NCBI GenBank assembly: GCA_002633005.1
Contig: NMRA01000534.1
Coordinates: 234,251-298,250 of the forward strand
DNA from: Phoronis australis
Taxonomy: Eukaryota; Animalia; Phoronida
Direction: 5' to 3'
DNA: 64,000 nucleotides
Shown here: in pieces, positions 13,239-25,176 of the stretch
Position numbering within the stretch: position 1 is the stretch's first letter
Layout: each line of letters begins with the position of its first letter
Position numbers and translations under genes: made by a program
The notes under the pieces: generated by a model
Seen by the model: the letters and a program-made list of their open reading frames with translations, nothing else
Database searches by the model: none
What the model was told of the DNA's origin: nothing

Positions 13239-13623
13239 ACATACTTTTTCCTGTAAATTCACCAATTCAGAGCACAAGATGAGTTTCATCATCGAAAGAT
13301 ATCACTAAAATCTAAACATTTCGTAAAGTTCAGTCTTGTTTGCGCTTGCCTTATTTTACTACTATTATTTTTTAAAGTGGGCGGAGTTTTCCGCAGAAAC
13401 GTCATTGCGTATGACAGCAGTTGACTGAGCTTCCGTAATGCATGAGGTAGCTGCCACTCACTACGTATGTGGTGGTGCACCACCAATAGCAAAAATTAAA
13501 TTGAAAAATCATATTAAATTCAGTTAAGTTCGAGAATATTTAGGCTATTGTTGAATGAGGATTATTTGGCGTTAAAATCCGTTTTATGAAGTTTCTAACT
13601 AAAATGAAGAGGGAAGAGTATGT
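13239..13623. mobile_element. TTAA-flanked MITE, with a second diverged copy at ~13825-14250
   Basis: TTAA|ACATACT...AGTATGT|TTAA. Internal homology to 13970-14250. Confidence 0.6.
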
Positions 13624-14406
13624 TTAAAGGACGGATTGAGGCTTGCTGCTTGCACATGCTTTTGACATCATCAAAATGCTTAAAGTGACATTATCGGCAA
13701 GAAAAGTGCTTTTCCGTAATCAGCCTTTACGCGAAATCACACTAACAACCTCAGCGGTAGCGGTCTAACCCAGAGTTGGCGGTCGATGCTAAACCTTACT
13801 CGTTAAGTGATACAGTATGATAAAAATACTCTTAACTTTACATTCACTAATTTAGAAGACAGGATGAGTTTGGGCAGTAGAAACATGTCACCACAATATT
13901 AACATTTCGTTACTTTTAGCCCTGTTTATATTTGGCTTATTTTACTATTTTAAAAGTTCTTAAAGTTTTTTTAAAAAGTGCTCGGGTTTCCGAGGAAACC
14001 TCATTACACATGGCGGCAAGTGAGTGAGTACCCATAATGCATAAGTCAGCTGTCACTCACTACGGTCACGATTTTAGGTAGTGGTGCATCAAAAAAATAT
14101 AAAGTAAACAAAAAATTTCATATTAAATCCACCTAAGATTGAAAATATTTGAAGTTGTGATGAATGAGCATTTAAATTTTGACTGAACTAACTTGCAGTG
14201 AAATCCGTCTCATGAAGTTTTTAACTAAAATGAAGTAGAAAGAGTACCTTAAAACGTATTTATCTGGTAAAGTCACCGTCCTTGATTTCAACAAATGGCT
14301 GGTACACAGCGGAGAGAATTGGGGGATTTATAATAAAAAAAAACAAAAGACGACATATTTTAACTTCCAAAAAGTGGAAGAAAAACGGATGTACGGTTTG
14401 TTTGAC

Positions 14407-14830
14407 CACAGGCACCTTTAAGCAGCCCTCAACTATACACTAAATAAAGAGAAATGTACTCGACTGCTATTCAATATGGCCGTCTGCCGGGCACTTCCGG
14501 AATAACTAAAAGAATGTAAAATCTCAGAGTAATTTAACTAAACATTTTATCTGCGACAGCAACACCGTTCATTGCTTCCATTTGTTGACATATAAACCAA
14601 TAAAAACAATACATACCTCCAGATTTTCCTAGTTCAGTCGCCAACATTCACGGCAAAGCGAAGAGCGCAAAATCGCTTCATTCGGTATCATCGAATGCGC
14701 ATGCTCATAAGGCTCCTCGCGACATCTTCAGAACGCTTACATCAACTAAAATCAGCAACATTACTCAAGGTGCACGTTGATTGGGTATAAGAAAAGTAGG
14801 TCAAAATTTCAAGGGGGCCTTCCAATTTTC
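14407..14830 (-). mobile_element. Internally deleted copy of the CACAGG-TIR element at 23451-24845
   Basis: Starts CACAGGCACCTTTAAGCAGCCC. Body matches 24755-24845 and 23630-23930 inverted. Confidence 0.75.
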
Positions 14831-15199
14831 TTTCATTTGTCCAAATCATTAGCCTTGTATGTGAATTAATTATTGTAGGCCTATTTGGTTATTGTATTGT
14901 ATTGGATTTGAGGGTAAACGGTAACATTGTAGTGTGACCTGCTCCACTAGTTTACTCTGCCTCTACTATTGTTGTTGTTCTCTTTTGATGTGCAACTTGG
15001 GAGGTGTGCACCTCTTATTATAAGTTCCCACTGCTGGAGTACGCGATACATTGGCTGCAACAGGTGAGTGACAGATGACTCATACATATGTCGCGCGTGC
15101 TGTCCCAGAAATGAGGGCTTGAGAATTTCTTGCCGACTTATGATTACTGCGATGCAAGACAAGTTGTGACCGTCGTTTGGCAAGTAACAGCCAAGGGTT

Positions 15200-16400
15200 G
15201 TCATCTTCACGTATGTTTTTGCGAACACACCAACGAACCGTTTATCAATGTCTTGGATGATGAGACATCGCCGGTTAAAGTGTTCACACAAATCGAACAG
15301 TTGAATTCCAACAAAGCTGCCGGCGTGGATGGTTTGTCACCTGGTATTCTCAAACGTTTTGATAAAGATTGGATAGTGTTTCGTAATGACTTTCTCAATA
15401 GCGTTTTCAGAGGCAATTAACCTGAATCATGGAAACACGTTTAAGTTTTTAATATCTACAAGAAACGAGATTGCCTCGATCCACGCAACTATGGAGGTAT
15501 AATTATCATGAACCATTTAGCCGAAGTGTATGTCTCTATTCTCGCGGAGCGTATACTGCTATGGCAGCGCTCTCATTAAGAGCAGGCAGGGGCACAAAAG
15601 GGACGTGGTTGCGAAGAGTACATCCTACATGTACAGTAGCTACTAGACTTCTTATCGACATTGCTAAAAAAACGAAAAAGCAATTGTACATTGCCGTCAT
15701 CGACTACGAGAAAGCATATGATAAAGTTGATAGGAACTCTGTTAAACATACTAGAACACAATGGATGCTGCTTTCGCTTTCTCAAAGCCCTGAAAAATCT
15801 CTCAGCCCATCCCTTTGCGAACTCGACACTTTACTACCAATATGGGCGTTAAACAAGGAGCCACTGTTCACATTCTTCATTGACACAACCGTTGAGGCTA
15901 TAGCCGCTACAGGAAATGATTCTTGGATAGAAAACTTACATTGCTTGACACAACTATTTTCGCCTCATCGAGAGAAAAACTACTACGTAAGCCGGAAGCT
16001 CAAAAAACCCATGCAGACGGAGTCTGTATGATTAAACACCTACAAAATCAACTGACAACACAACCGACACAACAACTTTTGGATTAAGCAAAGGTGTAGA
16101 AATCCAGCACAGCCACCAATATTGTTACCTGGGATCACTAATAGCTGTCAAATCAGTGCCAAGAATCCAAGTCCTCTTGCACGCCACATATAAAGAGAGT
16201 CAATTGCTCAAGTTCTCAGTCTTTTCGTTCAAAAATAGCGACGCCCCTGTCAGAGTCACGAAAACAGTTTGGAGCGCTTGAGTATCGTCAGCTCTTTTGT
16301 ACAGTTGCGAAACTTGGCTTTAGGAATCCAACCCTGAAATCGAAACGTTGTATAATGTCAGTTTGAAAAGGTTAGTCGGTGTCTAGAACTCTAGCCCTGG
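15200..16400 (+). pseudogene. Decayed non-LTR retrotransposon (LINE) reverse transcriptase
   Basis: Frameshifted motifs KAAGVDG, PESWK, DPRNY, EQAG.QKGRGC, IDYEKAYDKVDR, GVKQG and YLG in order. Confidence 0.85.
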
Positions 16401-16489
16401 ATTTACAACTCCTGTACGTGACCTGCGTGTTCTAATACATAGACATCTTTGTGATGTCTATGGTTCTATTATTAAAGCTTGTGCCCCTG

Positions 16490-19340
16490 AGATAAGCCGC
16501 GAGAGTTTGCACTGAGAATTTCCGGCAGTCTACTCGACTGGGTTTTGATCAAGTGTTGTAGTTACCAAATCAAGCCTAATTTAATTGCTTTATTTTCACC
16601 AAGCGAGACTCTTGGGGTACGATTCCACACAATCAGCGATTTCTCGGTAAAGTTACTCAACAAACCCGACAATGACACTGGCCATTCTTTATAAGCATCG
16701 ACCTGTGGCCCTGGGTAGTTGTCGGGAGTAGTTTGGCCTGCGATATCCTTTCTGCTCCAGTCGTAGGCAATAGTCCATTCGACTCTAGGAAGCCTAGAAA
16801 ATCACTTCCGTGGCCACTTCTTTGGGGCAAGATAATTTTGGTGTTTATAAGGTCATTAAGTACTATACTTTAAGAATTTAAAAAGTTCCCAACTTTTAAC
16901 ATGTATATTTTCGAGAAATTTGACCTAAAAAATCTGACTTTTTTCAAAATTTGGCACAGAAAACCAATCTTCAAAAACCAACAACACTAGACAAAAACTG
17001 AATGATAACTTGATTGGGTTTTATTCATTTGAAGTTATCGGACAAGAAAAGTGATAAATATTATGACACTAGGTGAAAAATTGTTCAAAAAGAGAAAAAG
17101 AAAAAAATAGTAGAAAACATACTACTATATTCTGCACTACCAACCAAACAATACTGTTAACCATTTGGAACTTAATAAAAATTTGATATCACAACCTACA
17201 TATGAACAACATACAATTCCAACGCTTCTGCAAGGAATTCACTCTCATCACTTTTATTGATTGTCACAATTAATTATCATTATTGTTTTTTGACTGAGAC
17301 ATCATGTTCACACTGTCTGGACAGTCACACAACTCAGAACATGACATGCCCGACTTCAAACAAGAGCATATTTTTTACTATAATCACTTCTTTTACACTT
17401 GTCATTAACATTTTTCATGGCATTTTCTGGTGCTAAAGGCAGAGTCATCCAGTTGAGCTTCAGACTACCCTGCTCCAAAAGCCACCCATACCAACTGGAG
17501 ATGGTGCACTGACATGCTGTTGCAAGGCTCGTTTGTGAATGGCACACTGGTAGTTTGCTCTTTTGGCATGTAACAGCAAACAATCATGATTAGGAGGCAG
17601 AGATGATTCCATCACAGATTACAACCTGAATATGTGGTAGCGTGCGTTGTTAACTGTTGATGAGTCGCCGTACAGCTTTCATACGGTTCAATGTCTTCCA
17701 TGAGTTAACTATGAAACACAAGTTTTGAGCCCAACTTTAAGGACAAAGACAAAGTTAAAAAATATCTCTGCAAGACTGCACCCTACCCGAAATAAAAAAG
17801 TTTTGACATCCTGAATACCGTTTCACCTAAACAACTTGTTACAGTAATCCTATTTAACTGAAATTGATAACCAAAATGCTCTTCACAGTATAGCCAACAA
17901 CTGAAATTTCATTTTGTCTAAGTGCTCAGCAAAAATAAGCATTAAGAGAAATAAGCATTGATTGCACTGTGCAGTTGCCTTCAAACAATTTAAAACAGAA
18001 ACATTTTTATCATCCTTAATACTGTAGTTCAGCCTTTGAAAATAGAGGAATGGTCACGTTGACAATAGTTTTTGTTTGAAATTGAAAAGCGCCTTTTTTA
18101 CCGTAGAGCTAAAATTTATTTTGACGCTTCCTGTTTAAATAGCACATAACTGGAAGAGTAAAAATTTTCCTACGCTAAAAACTCCAATTCAAGAATCTTC
18201 AAAATGTGAGATACTAAAATCTGCGCACAATTTGAATTTGCAAGATCAATGAATTAAAGAACACAGGCAGTATGTCCATTTTTTATATTTCTCAAGTTCC
18301 AAACACTGCTAATGATTTTACATAAAAGAGTCTTAAAATAGGCTTAAAAGTTCATAAAAAGCAGTGCTGATCACTCACAAGTATGTAAAAACTACTGCCA
18401 GTACCTTTGAGATTAAGACGGCTATTACTACAAATTTATCAAGCAAAATATTTTTTTTCTGTGACCTAAACTTAAGATTATTTACCTGACACTTTTTCGA
18501 ATTAAGAATAGGTAGGCCTATTAACAATTGAATGTTTGGAACTTTTCTTTTGTTTGTGAAGTTCCCGTGATTGAATTTGATTGACTACCCCTGGGTGCGC
18601 GCATGAATATCGGAAACTTCCAGCTCATAAATTTGAGCAGAACCTGAGACATGAATGCAACAAGGGGCAAACATCTTGCCAGTCTATTGTGAAGTCGCAC
18701 ATTCGTTCAATAATTCATGGTTTCAGCAGAGTCCTAGCTGTCCCAAAACTGTTCTTTGAGAAACACAAAATGGTTCAGGAATATGCCAAGAATTGTTTCA
18801 GTACTATGCCACTCGTGGCCACTTGACTTGGCTTTCCTCAATTCCTACATGTAACTGCTGCCTGCTGGTTTTTGAGCCTTCGCCCTTGGTATCCAGTGTA
18901 GTCAGTGGTAGTAAACAAGCTAGCTAAGCCAGCAGGATAACATCAGCTGACTGTCCTCTGATGAATGTTTTCATGCTAAGCAGACGACTTTTGAAGGGGA
19001 AAGGTATGGACCCCGATAATTTCCTGGCATTTGATTGGCTGTTCTGACCATTTTGCACTAACACCTGGTGACTAACACTATTAGTTGAGGCTATATTTTT
19101 CCAACTTTTAAATTGAAATTCTTACTTAACGTGCAAGTGTATTCTTGGGAACTTTTCTAAAATTGGCTCTGAACATAAGTAGATGTGCTTAATGCAAAGT
19201 TCCCGTTGCCCCCAGAAAATAGCCACGGAGGTGAAAGATAGGAGAGCTGGGACTATGGCCTATCGTAATAATACTACATGCCAGGAGTTTCTCAACACGA
19301 CATGTTTGGGTGTTAAAATCGCGTTGCAATATTTTAGGGA
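16490..19340 (+). mobile_element. Interspersed repeat split by the Academ insertion; intact copy at ~30330-30690 (-)
   Basis: 16490-16765 and 19270-19340 match adjoining parts of 30330-30690 inverted. Confidence 0.6.
16771..19255 (-). mobile_element. Academ-type DNA transposon with decayed transposase
   Basis: TAGTCC.../...GGACTA ends. Imperfect TIR TCACTTCCGTGGC...GGGGCAA (16802-16830 vs 19206-19235). Minus-strand remnants LPP, HAKRANYQ, YGW...WMTLPLAP, CKR and CSCLKSGMSCSELCDC match the Academ C-terminus. Confidence 0.7.
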
Positions 19341-19640
19341 CCATAATTGCTTAACTAAGTGTGTGTGAGGGGGGTGTATTATTACTGTTTTTAATTGTTT
19401 CTACAATAATTCATTTACGCAATGTTTACCTGTGCCCGGTTACATTAAACAGTGCCAAATAGGGATTCAACTAAGGTCCTAAAAGTTTTTGCAGACCTAA
19501 CATTTTTCTGACATTTTATCATTTCCATGAACTCCTCTTTGACTAAGGACATTTTTAATAATATAACTAAAATCTGAACCCTTAATTCATTGAAAATAAT
19601 GTTGACTTAGTCCTTAAATTAGGAGCGTTGCATAAAAAGA

Positions 19641-20140
19641 CATTACGGCGTTTTCCCGTTGCTCCCAACTTGTTCGATTCTATAGCCCAACAACTTGGGA
19701 AGATCACCTCTGAATCCAATATCTTACACGACTGATTAACTCCATTCCAGCATTTATGGTTGGAGCGCCGGCTCTCTTTTGTTCGATAATTGCTATAATC
19801 TCCGATAAGATCGTATCTAGCCTAACTGGGCTGTGTTGCTAAGAATGAAAGTTAAGTTATAACATATTTGAACATGAACCAATAGCTCTTCTGAATTCTT
19901 TGTCAAATGATGATCATGTTTAGTTTTTAAATCACTAAAATCGCCCAACTACAACAGAAGTTAAGGCAATCCATTCTGCCAGATTTCAGTAACCCTTTGA
20001 AACCTAGGAGAAAATTGGCCTACTTGTTGTCATACGGGACAAACGACTGTGCTAGGAAGTTAACAAAGGAAACAGATGTTATCGCACGTTCAGAACCCCT
20101 CACGTCTGGAAAAGTTGCTGAACGACAAAACGCCGTCATG
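19641..20140. mobile_element. MITE with CATTACGGCGTTTT TIR (CACTA/EnSpm-like ends)
   Basis: TIR at both ends. Homologous inverted copy at 39284-39818. Confidence 0.75.
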
Positions 20141-21146
20141 TCTCTACTTATTTTCAATTATATTGAGAATTCAGGGTAGAAATCACTATCGCTTTGTATC
20201 AAAGTAAAATATTGACTTAGTAATGAAACTAAAACAACATAAGAAAGGAAATTCGGTGTTTTCACAAGTCCAGAAGCAAGCATTAGTTTTAGGGAGGTTA
20301 GTTGAGTTCTATTTGGGACTGTTTCATGCAACCAGTCACTGTTGCCCAGATGCCATTTTTTGTCAATTCAACGTTTGAAAAGTAGATTCACTGTCATCTG
20401 TAGTATTTGCCTGTACCCGTGAAATAAATTTTCAAAAAAATGAAAAATTTACCTTGTAAAAGAATCCAACTGCCAAATGCCCCGCTCTCGGCGGACTCTC
20501 TCACTGTCTTGAAATTTTCCGCCATCCCGCTATACCATCTAAATAACCCGCTTTTTGAGACACAGCTAACTTGACAAATTATCATATACAATTGTACTTT
20601 CCCACGCGACAAACCCATATTTTCGTGCTCGACTAAAAAGAAAAACACGTGATGTTTCATGGGTTTTTGTGGCACCCGCAATTTCCCGTTCAACTACAAA
20701 AAAACGCTGTCGGTAGGTCTTTGTGTGTTGCAGCGAACATTTCAACCTGGCTTTTGTTTTGGCTTAGACCCAGATGCACAATGCAAAGTAAACCCAGTTA
20801 CTTTTTGTTTATAGTATTTAGCTTTCGTAACAAACATTGAAGTTAGAGTCTAATAATTAGTATTTGAAGTTGTAACATTAAAACTGAATAAATGTTTATA
20901 AATAATAGTCAGTAGGGCTTCCTAGCGCGTGAGCACTGAACTGACCTTGAGACAGCACAGCCCAATACAACGACTGCGGTGATTGTTTCGATGTCTATGT
21001 TTGGATGTCTAGTTCTTCCAAATAGCCCGCCAACTTAATAGAGACCTGAAAACAATGAGGATATATTAGCAAACATAACAGTATGTTACAGTTTCTTAAG
21101 AATCCAGACATAACCCATTTACAGGGAATTTTATCCATGTAAAGAT

Positions 21147-21301
21147 CAGGGGCGGATCAAGGATTTTGAGTTAGGGGTTCCAGGGCAGACTATTAGCCAT
21201 GATTTCGCCCGTCAGACATTCGCACCCCCAGTGCCAAATGGAATCTGGGAGAATTTTAGAGGGAGGCATGGCCCCCTTTGCCCCCTCTGAATCCGCCACG
21301 G
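21147..21301. mobile_element. Short CAGGGGCGGAT MITE with 5-bp TSD
   Basis: TIR-like ends, flanked by AAGAT/AAAAT. Same body as 22463-22595. Confidence 0.7.
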
Positions 21302-22052
21302 AAAATAACGGAATGGTCTTCACGAGGTGTCTTACGTAAACATAATAGATTACAGTAAATATAAAATTATTATTTCCTGTACAGTAAAAATGAAAATGAC
21401 TATCTCCTGCACTCCTACCAATCACTTTACTGGTTGACATTTACAAAGATATTAGATTGCGGTTCCAAGCAAGTGTTCTGAGGAAAAACGAGTGTGCCTC
21501 TCGTGATATAGACCCTATTCACGCCGACAGGAGGCGCGTTCCAAAACGAGGCTCGCTACGGTAGCTCTGGTGGCTTATCCGCGTAGTTGTACTCCGCGTT
21601 GCTCGAACAGCTAGAGAAAATACGGACACTCAACTGTCTGTTTTAGGCAATCCATAAGGACGTTGGTATTCGGAAGCGTTGGGTCCTTGCCATACGCCGC
21701 GACGAAGGAAAATATGTCCGTGTAAAATTTATAACTCTTTTGGAATCATAATTTGTCGCATCTCGGATGCCGCCATAGCAACGAGGACCGGAGAATCGTC
21801 GGCCAGCCAGGCTGTGTTTTCATGACTATGGGTTGAAGCGCGATGCATTTTTCTTTTCAAAAAGGACAGGGCCCTCAATCCGTCAATTTTGGGGCCAAAT
21901 ATTGGCCCCATTCCCCTCTCAAAAATATTGAAAAATCACGCGAAATTCCCGGCCCCGCGAGGCCTAAAAGTTCCCTTAGTGATTGAAAATTTCTCTCCAA
22001 CGGTTCAAATCACCTGTGACCACAGAGGTGACAATTTGAAAAAGTACAAAAT

Positions 22053-22271
22053 CATAGGCGGATTTAGGGGGGGGGCACCCCCCTTGACTGCCGCAAGCAC
22101 AATAAACCAGCAAAACATGAAGCGGGAGGAAACTTGTANCGACAGATTTCCTGAGCAGGAGGTACACATCCTCGGCACCCGCAACTTCCGGGCCGCCTGC
22201 GTGCATACAATCGCGCTTTGCCCGCGTCTCCGAGGATGTCGCCCCCCCATGGTATCCTAGATCAGCCACTG
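22053..22271. mobile_element. MITE with perfect 5-bp TSD AAAAT
   Basis: CATAGGCGGAT...ATCAGCCACTG. The empty site is visible in the paralog (~42277 CAAAATGCTAC). Confidence 0.9.
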
Positions 22272-22462
22272 AAAATGCTACTTGAGACAGAGCTATGAGA
22301 GCTTGCAACAGGGCGGGTGCTATTGATGGTGATCGGGAGGTCAGTAGATTTTTCTCTGACCCGTCACTCGGCGAAACGCTTCCCTCTCAGAAGGCCGCAC
22401 ACGCACCTTTCCCCTCGGATATGAGCGAGACCTCTGAAGAAACATGATAACTATGCTTGTTC

Positions 22463-22595
22463 CAGGAGGGGGGCAAGGCAGAGTATTAGCCAGGATTTTG
22501 CCCGTCAGAAATTCGCACTCCTGAACTGCCAAATGGAATCTGGGAGAATTTTAGGGGGACATGGCTCCCTTGGCTCCCCTCTAATTCCGCCACTG
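22463..22595. mobile_element. MITE with perfect 5-bp TSD TGTTC
   Basis: CAGG...CCGCCACTG. The empty site is in the paralog (~42430 TGCTCTGTCC). Confidence 0.85.
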
Positions 22596-23450
22596 TGTTC
22601 TGTCCAGTTAACTGAAATTGAGCTCTAAAACGAGGTTATGCTTTGGACGAAAGAATTAGGTGTTTTAATTTTAAAGTTCAACTTGGTCGAGATTGATATT
22701 TGAAAAATATAACACATGAAATAGACGTAATTATTAAAACCAAGAAAGCAGAATTGATGGTCATATAATTTTTATTTTCAATTGCGAGCCTAGTTTTTTA
22801 TTGTTACAATAATCAAAATATATATTCAATAACATCAAGTATTATTTCAGATCAATGACAAATCAATTGTTAGTCCCTAGTGCCTACCTCACCAGGACAT
22901 AGGCTATGCTTGAAGCTAATAGGCCTACTCTTGATCAGCAAATTAAACCAGATGTGACCAATTGCACATGACAGCAAAATACTATGAGCCACCACTGTCG
23001 AATATATATTCAACTCGTCAACAATACGACCAGATGACCTAGTTCGTGTAGAAAGCATTTTTATCAAGAATTTATTAGATGAGAAATGTATAACCCTGCA
23101 TTCCTAATCCGTAACACTACGATCGTCGCAATTTGGTCATGTTTACTTTTCATGTTTCGAGCCTAGTTTTCCGGAAAAAGAATTATATCCTTTCGTCAGA
23201 CAACTCCTTGGTGTATTGACTTGTTCTTTAACTGTATTTTTCTTCGTTTCTGTGGTTAATTATTGACACATTTTTTAAGATTTAATATTCAGGTTGTATT
23301 AACATTCAAGTCTCTGAAACTGTCGAATTTATTTAACCCTAAGGACAAAATTCCTATAGGTCTACGATCCAGGGTAGTCTACAAATTTATCTGTGCTGGA
23401 TGTGGCTCCAGTTATGTAGGCGAAACTATTCGCCATTTGAAAACCAGGAC

Positions 23451-24845
23451 CACAGGCACCTTTAAGTAGCCCTCTACAATATAATATAATAAACATTATT
23501 TATAATAAGCGCAGAGGCTCTTGACAGTAATTTACGAATATGTCGTCCTACCTCGCGTGAGCATGTCAAAAAGCAGGGTTGTCTGTGGCCCTGTAAGTCG
23601 ACTCTTTTTGACACAACCTTTATGACCTTTGGAAGGCCCCTTGGAAATTTGACCTATTTTTGCTGCACCCAGTCAGCGTGCTCATAGAGTAACATATAAA
23701 TAATGTTGCTGTTTTTAGTTGATTTAAGCGCTCTGAAGATGCCTTATGAGCATGCGCATTAGACGAAACTGATACGAAGCCTTCGTGCTTTTCGCTTTGT
23801 CGTGAATGTTGACGATTGAACTAGGAAGATCTGGAGGTATTTATGATATTTATTGGTTTCGATGTCAACAAATGGAAGCAATGAACGTGTTGCTGTCGCA
23901 GATAAAATGTTTGAGTTAAATTACTCTCAGATTTGACGCCAGGTCCAGGTACCGAGCCCGACGTAGTCGATCGGCTCAGCCTCTCACGAATCACGGCTCG
24001 ACGAGCTGGTCAAACTCAGACGGCCATCCAGGAAAACCGACGTGAATTCCCAGCGCTGTCATTTACTCCCCGCTCAATTGCTTCCTTCCAATGGCCGTTT
24101 TCGTCAACTGCCTGCATTTTCTGTCCATCTTCCATTTTGAAACGGCTACTTTTGAATTGAGAGCAAAAACAACAACACAGCCATCCTCACGTGTTGGCCG
24201 GACTCACTACTCACCACCATGCGCGAGTTAGGTCCTTATAGACATGTTCACCAAAATGAAACTGCTGTTTTCTTGTTAAAATATAGAGTACGATTTTACT
24301 TACATTTTGATAATTTACCATGCAAATAGTTTAAAAATGACAATTATAAGTCGATTTTGACGTCTTCCTTTGTTGACAGTGAAACCGCATTACCGCGTAG
24401 TAATCTTGTGTGACGATTCTCTGAGTGTGCAGGGCTAGCCTGGACTGAAAGTGAAATATCTCGGCCAAAACTTCATCGATTTTCGTGGGAGAAAAACGCT
24501 TGTTTTCAGAATTTTACGAGGAATTTGTTGATGAATCTTTTACATGTTATTGAAAAAGGCGAAAATACAAACGCGCGAGTCATATTTCTTCAGGCAGCCC
24601 TTAGCGGCTTCACGGGCAATAAAATGTAATCGACCGAATAGATTCGTCGACCACAGATTTACCCTGTGGTTTTTCCGCTTGATCCCAGACCGCCCCGAGT
24701 TGCTCCAGCATCCATCTCGGGGCGGTCTCTCACGAGGGTTTAGCGTTATGGTGCTTGGGGTTATTCCGGAAGTGGCCGGCAGACGGCCATATTGAATATC
24801 AGTTGTGTACCTTTCTTTTTATTGGGCTACTTAAAGGTGCCTGTG
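23451..24845. mobile_element. Non-autonomous DNA transposon, P-element-like (22-bp TIR, 7-bp TSD)
   Basis: Perfect TIR CACAGGCACCTTTAAGTAGCCC. TSD CCAGGAC at 23444-23450 and 24846-24852. Removing it restores LKTRTKEH in frame. Confidence 0.9.
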
Positions 24846-25127
24846 CCAGGACCAAGGAACATCTAAATTCTGACAGAGGTCACATGTAAATATTCACCTA
24901 CAGAGCTCCAATCATTGTTATCAGCAATGCTCTTTCAATGACTTTGCAACAATACACCAGACAGTAACAACAAAGGAGCTTAAAATTCGTGAGGCTCTAC
25001 ACATCAGTTGGTGCAAGCCCAATCTCAATAAGCAACTGGCACACCACAGCTTGTCATTGTTGGTCTGTTGACTGTATCTGTGCTTCATTACTTGTTGCTG
25101 GGCCTAGCTAGGTGACCACTGCATTAT

Positions 25128-25176
25128 CTCTTTTGATGATGGTGCTTGAATAAATGACACCGAAACATGTCAAGTC
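25128..25176 (+). ncRNA. Minimal hammerhead ribozyme-like motif in the Penelope pLTR
   Basis: TTGATGA-T-GGTG(loop)CACC-GAAAC-AT-GTC. The core is C3-to-U relative to CUGAUGA. Position downstream of GIY-YIG is typical of PLE hammerheads. Confidence 0.55.

Larger units (their letters stand above)
21506..22630 (+). mobile_element. THAP-remnant-bearing DNA transposon (ISL2EU/Harbinger-like, tentative), copy 1
   Basis: Homologous to 41732-42460. Decayed THAP-like reading SCTPRCSN...KDVGIRKRWVLAIRRDEG at ~21570-21710. Confidence 0.65.

Noticed and set aside
23451-24845. CACAG termini as RAG/Transib recombination signals
   Set aside because: The end is CACAGGC rather than the CACAGTG heptamer. There is no nonamer, and the TSD is 7 bp rather than 5 bp.
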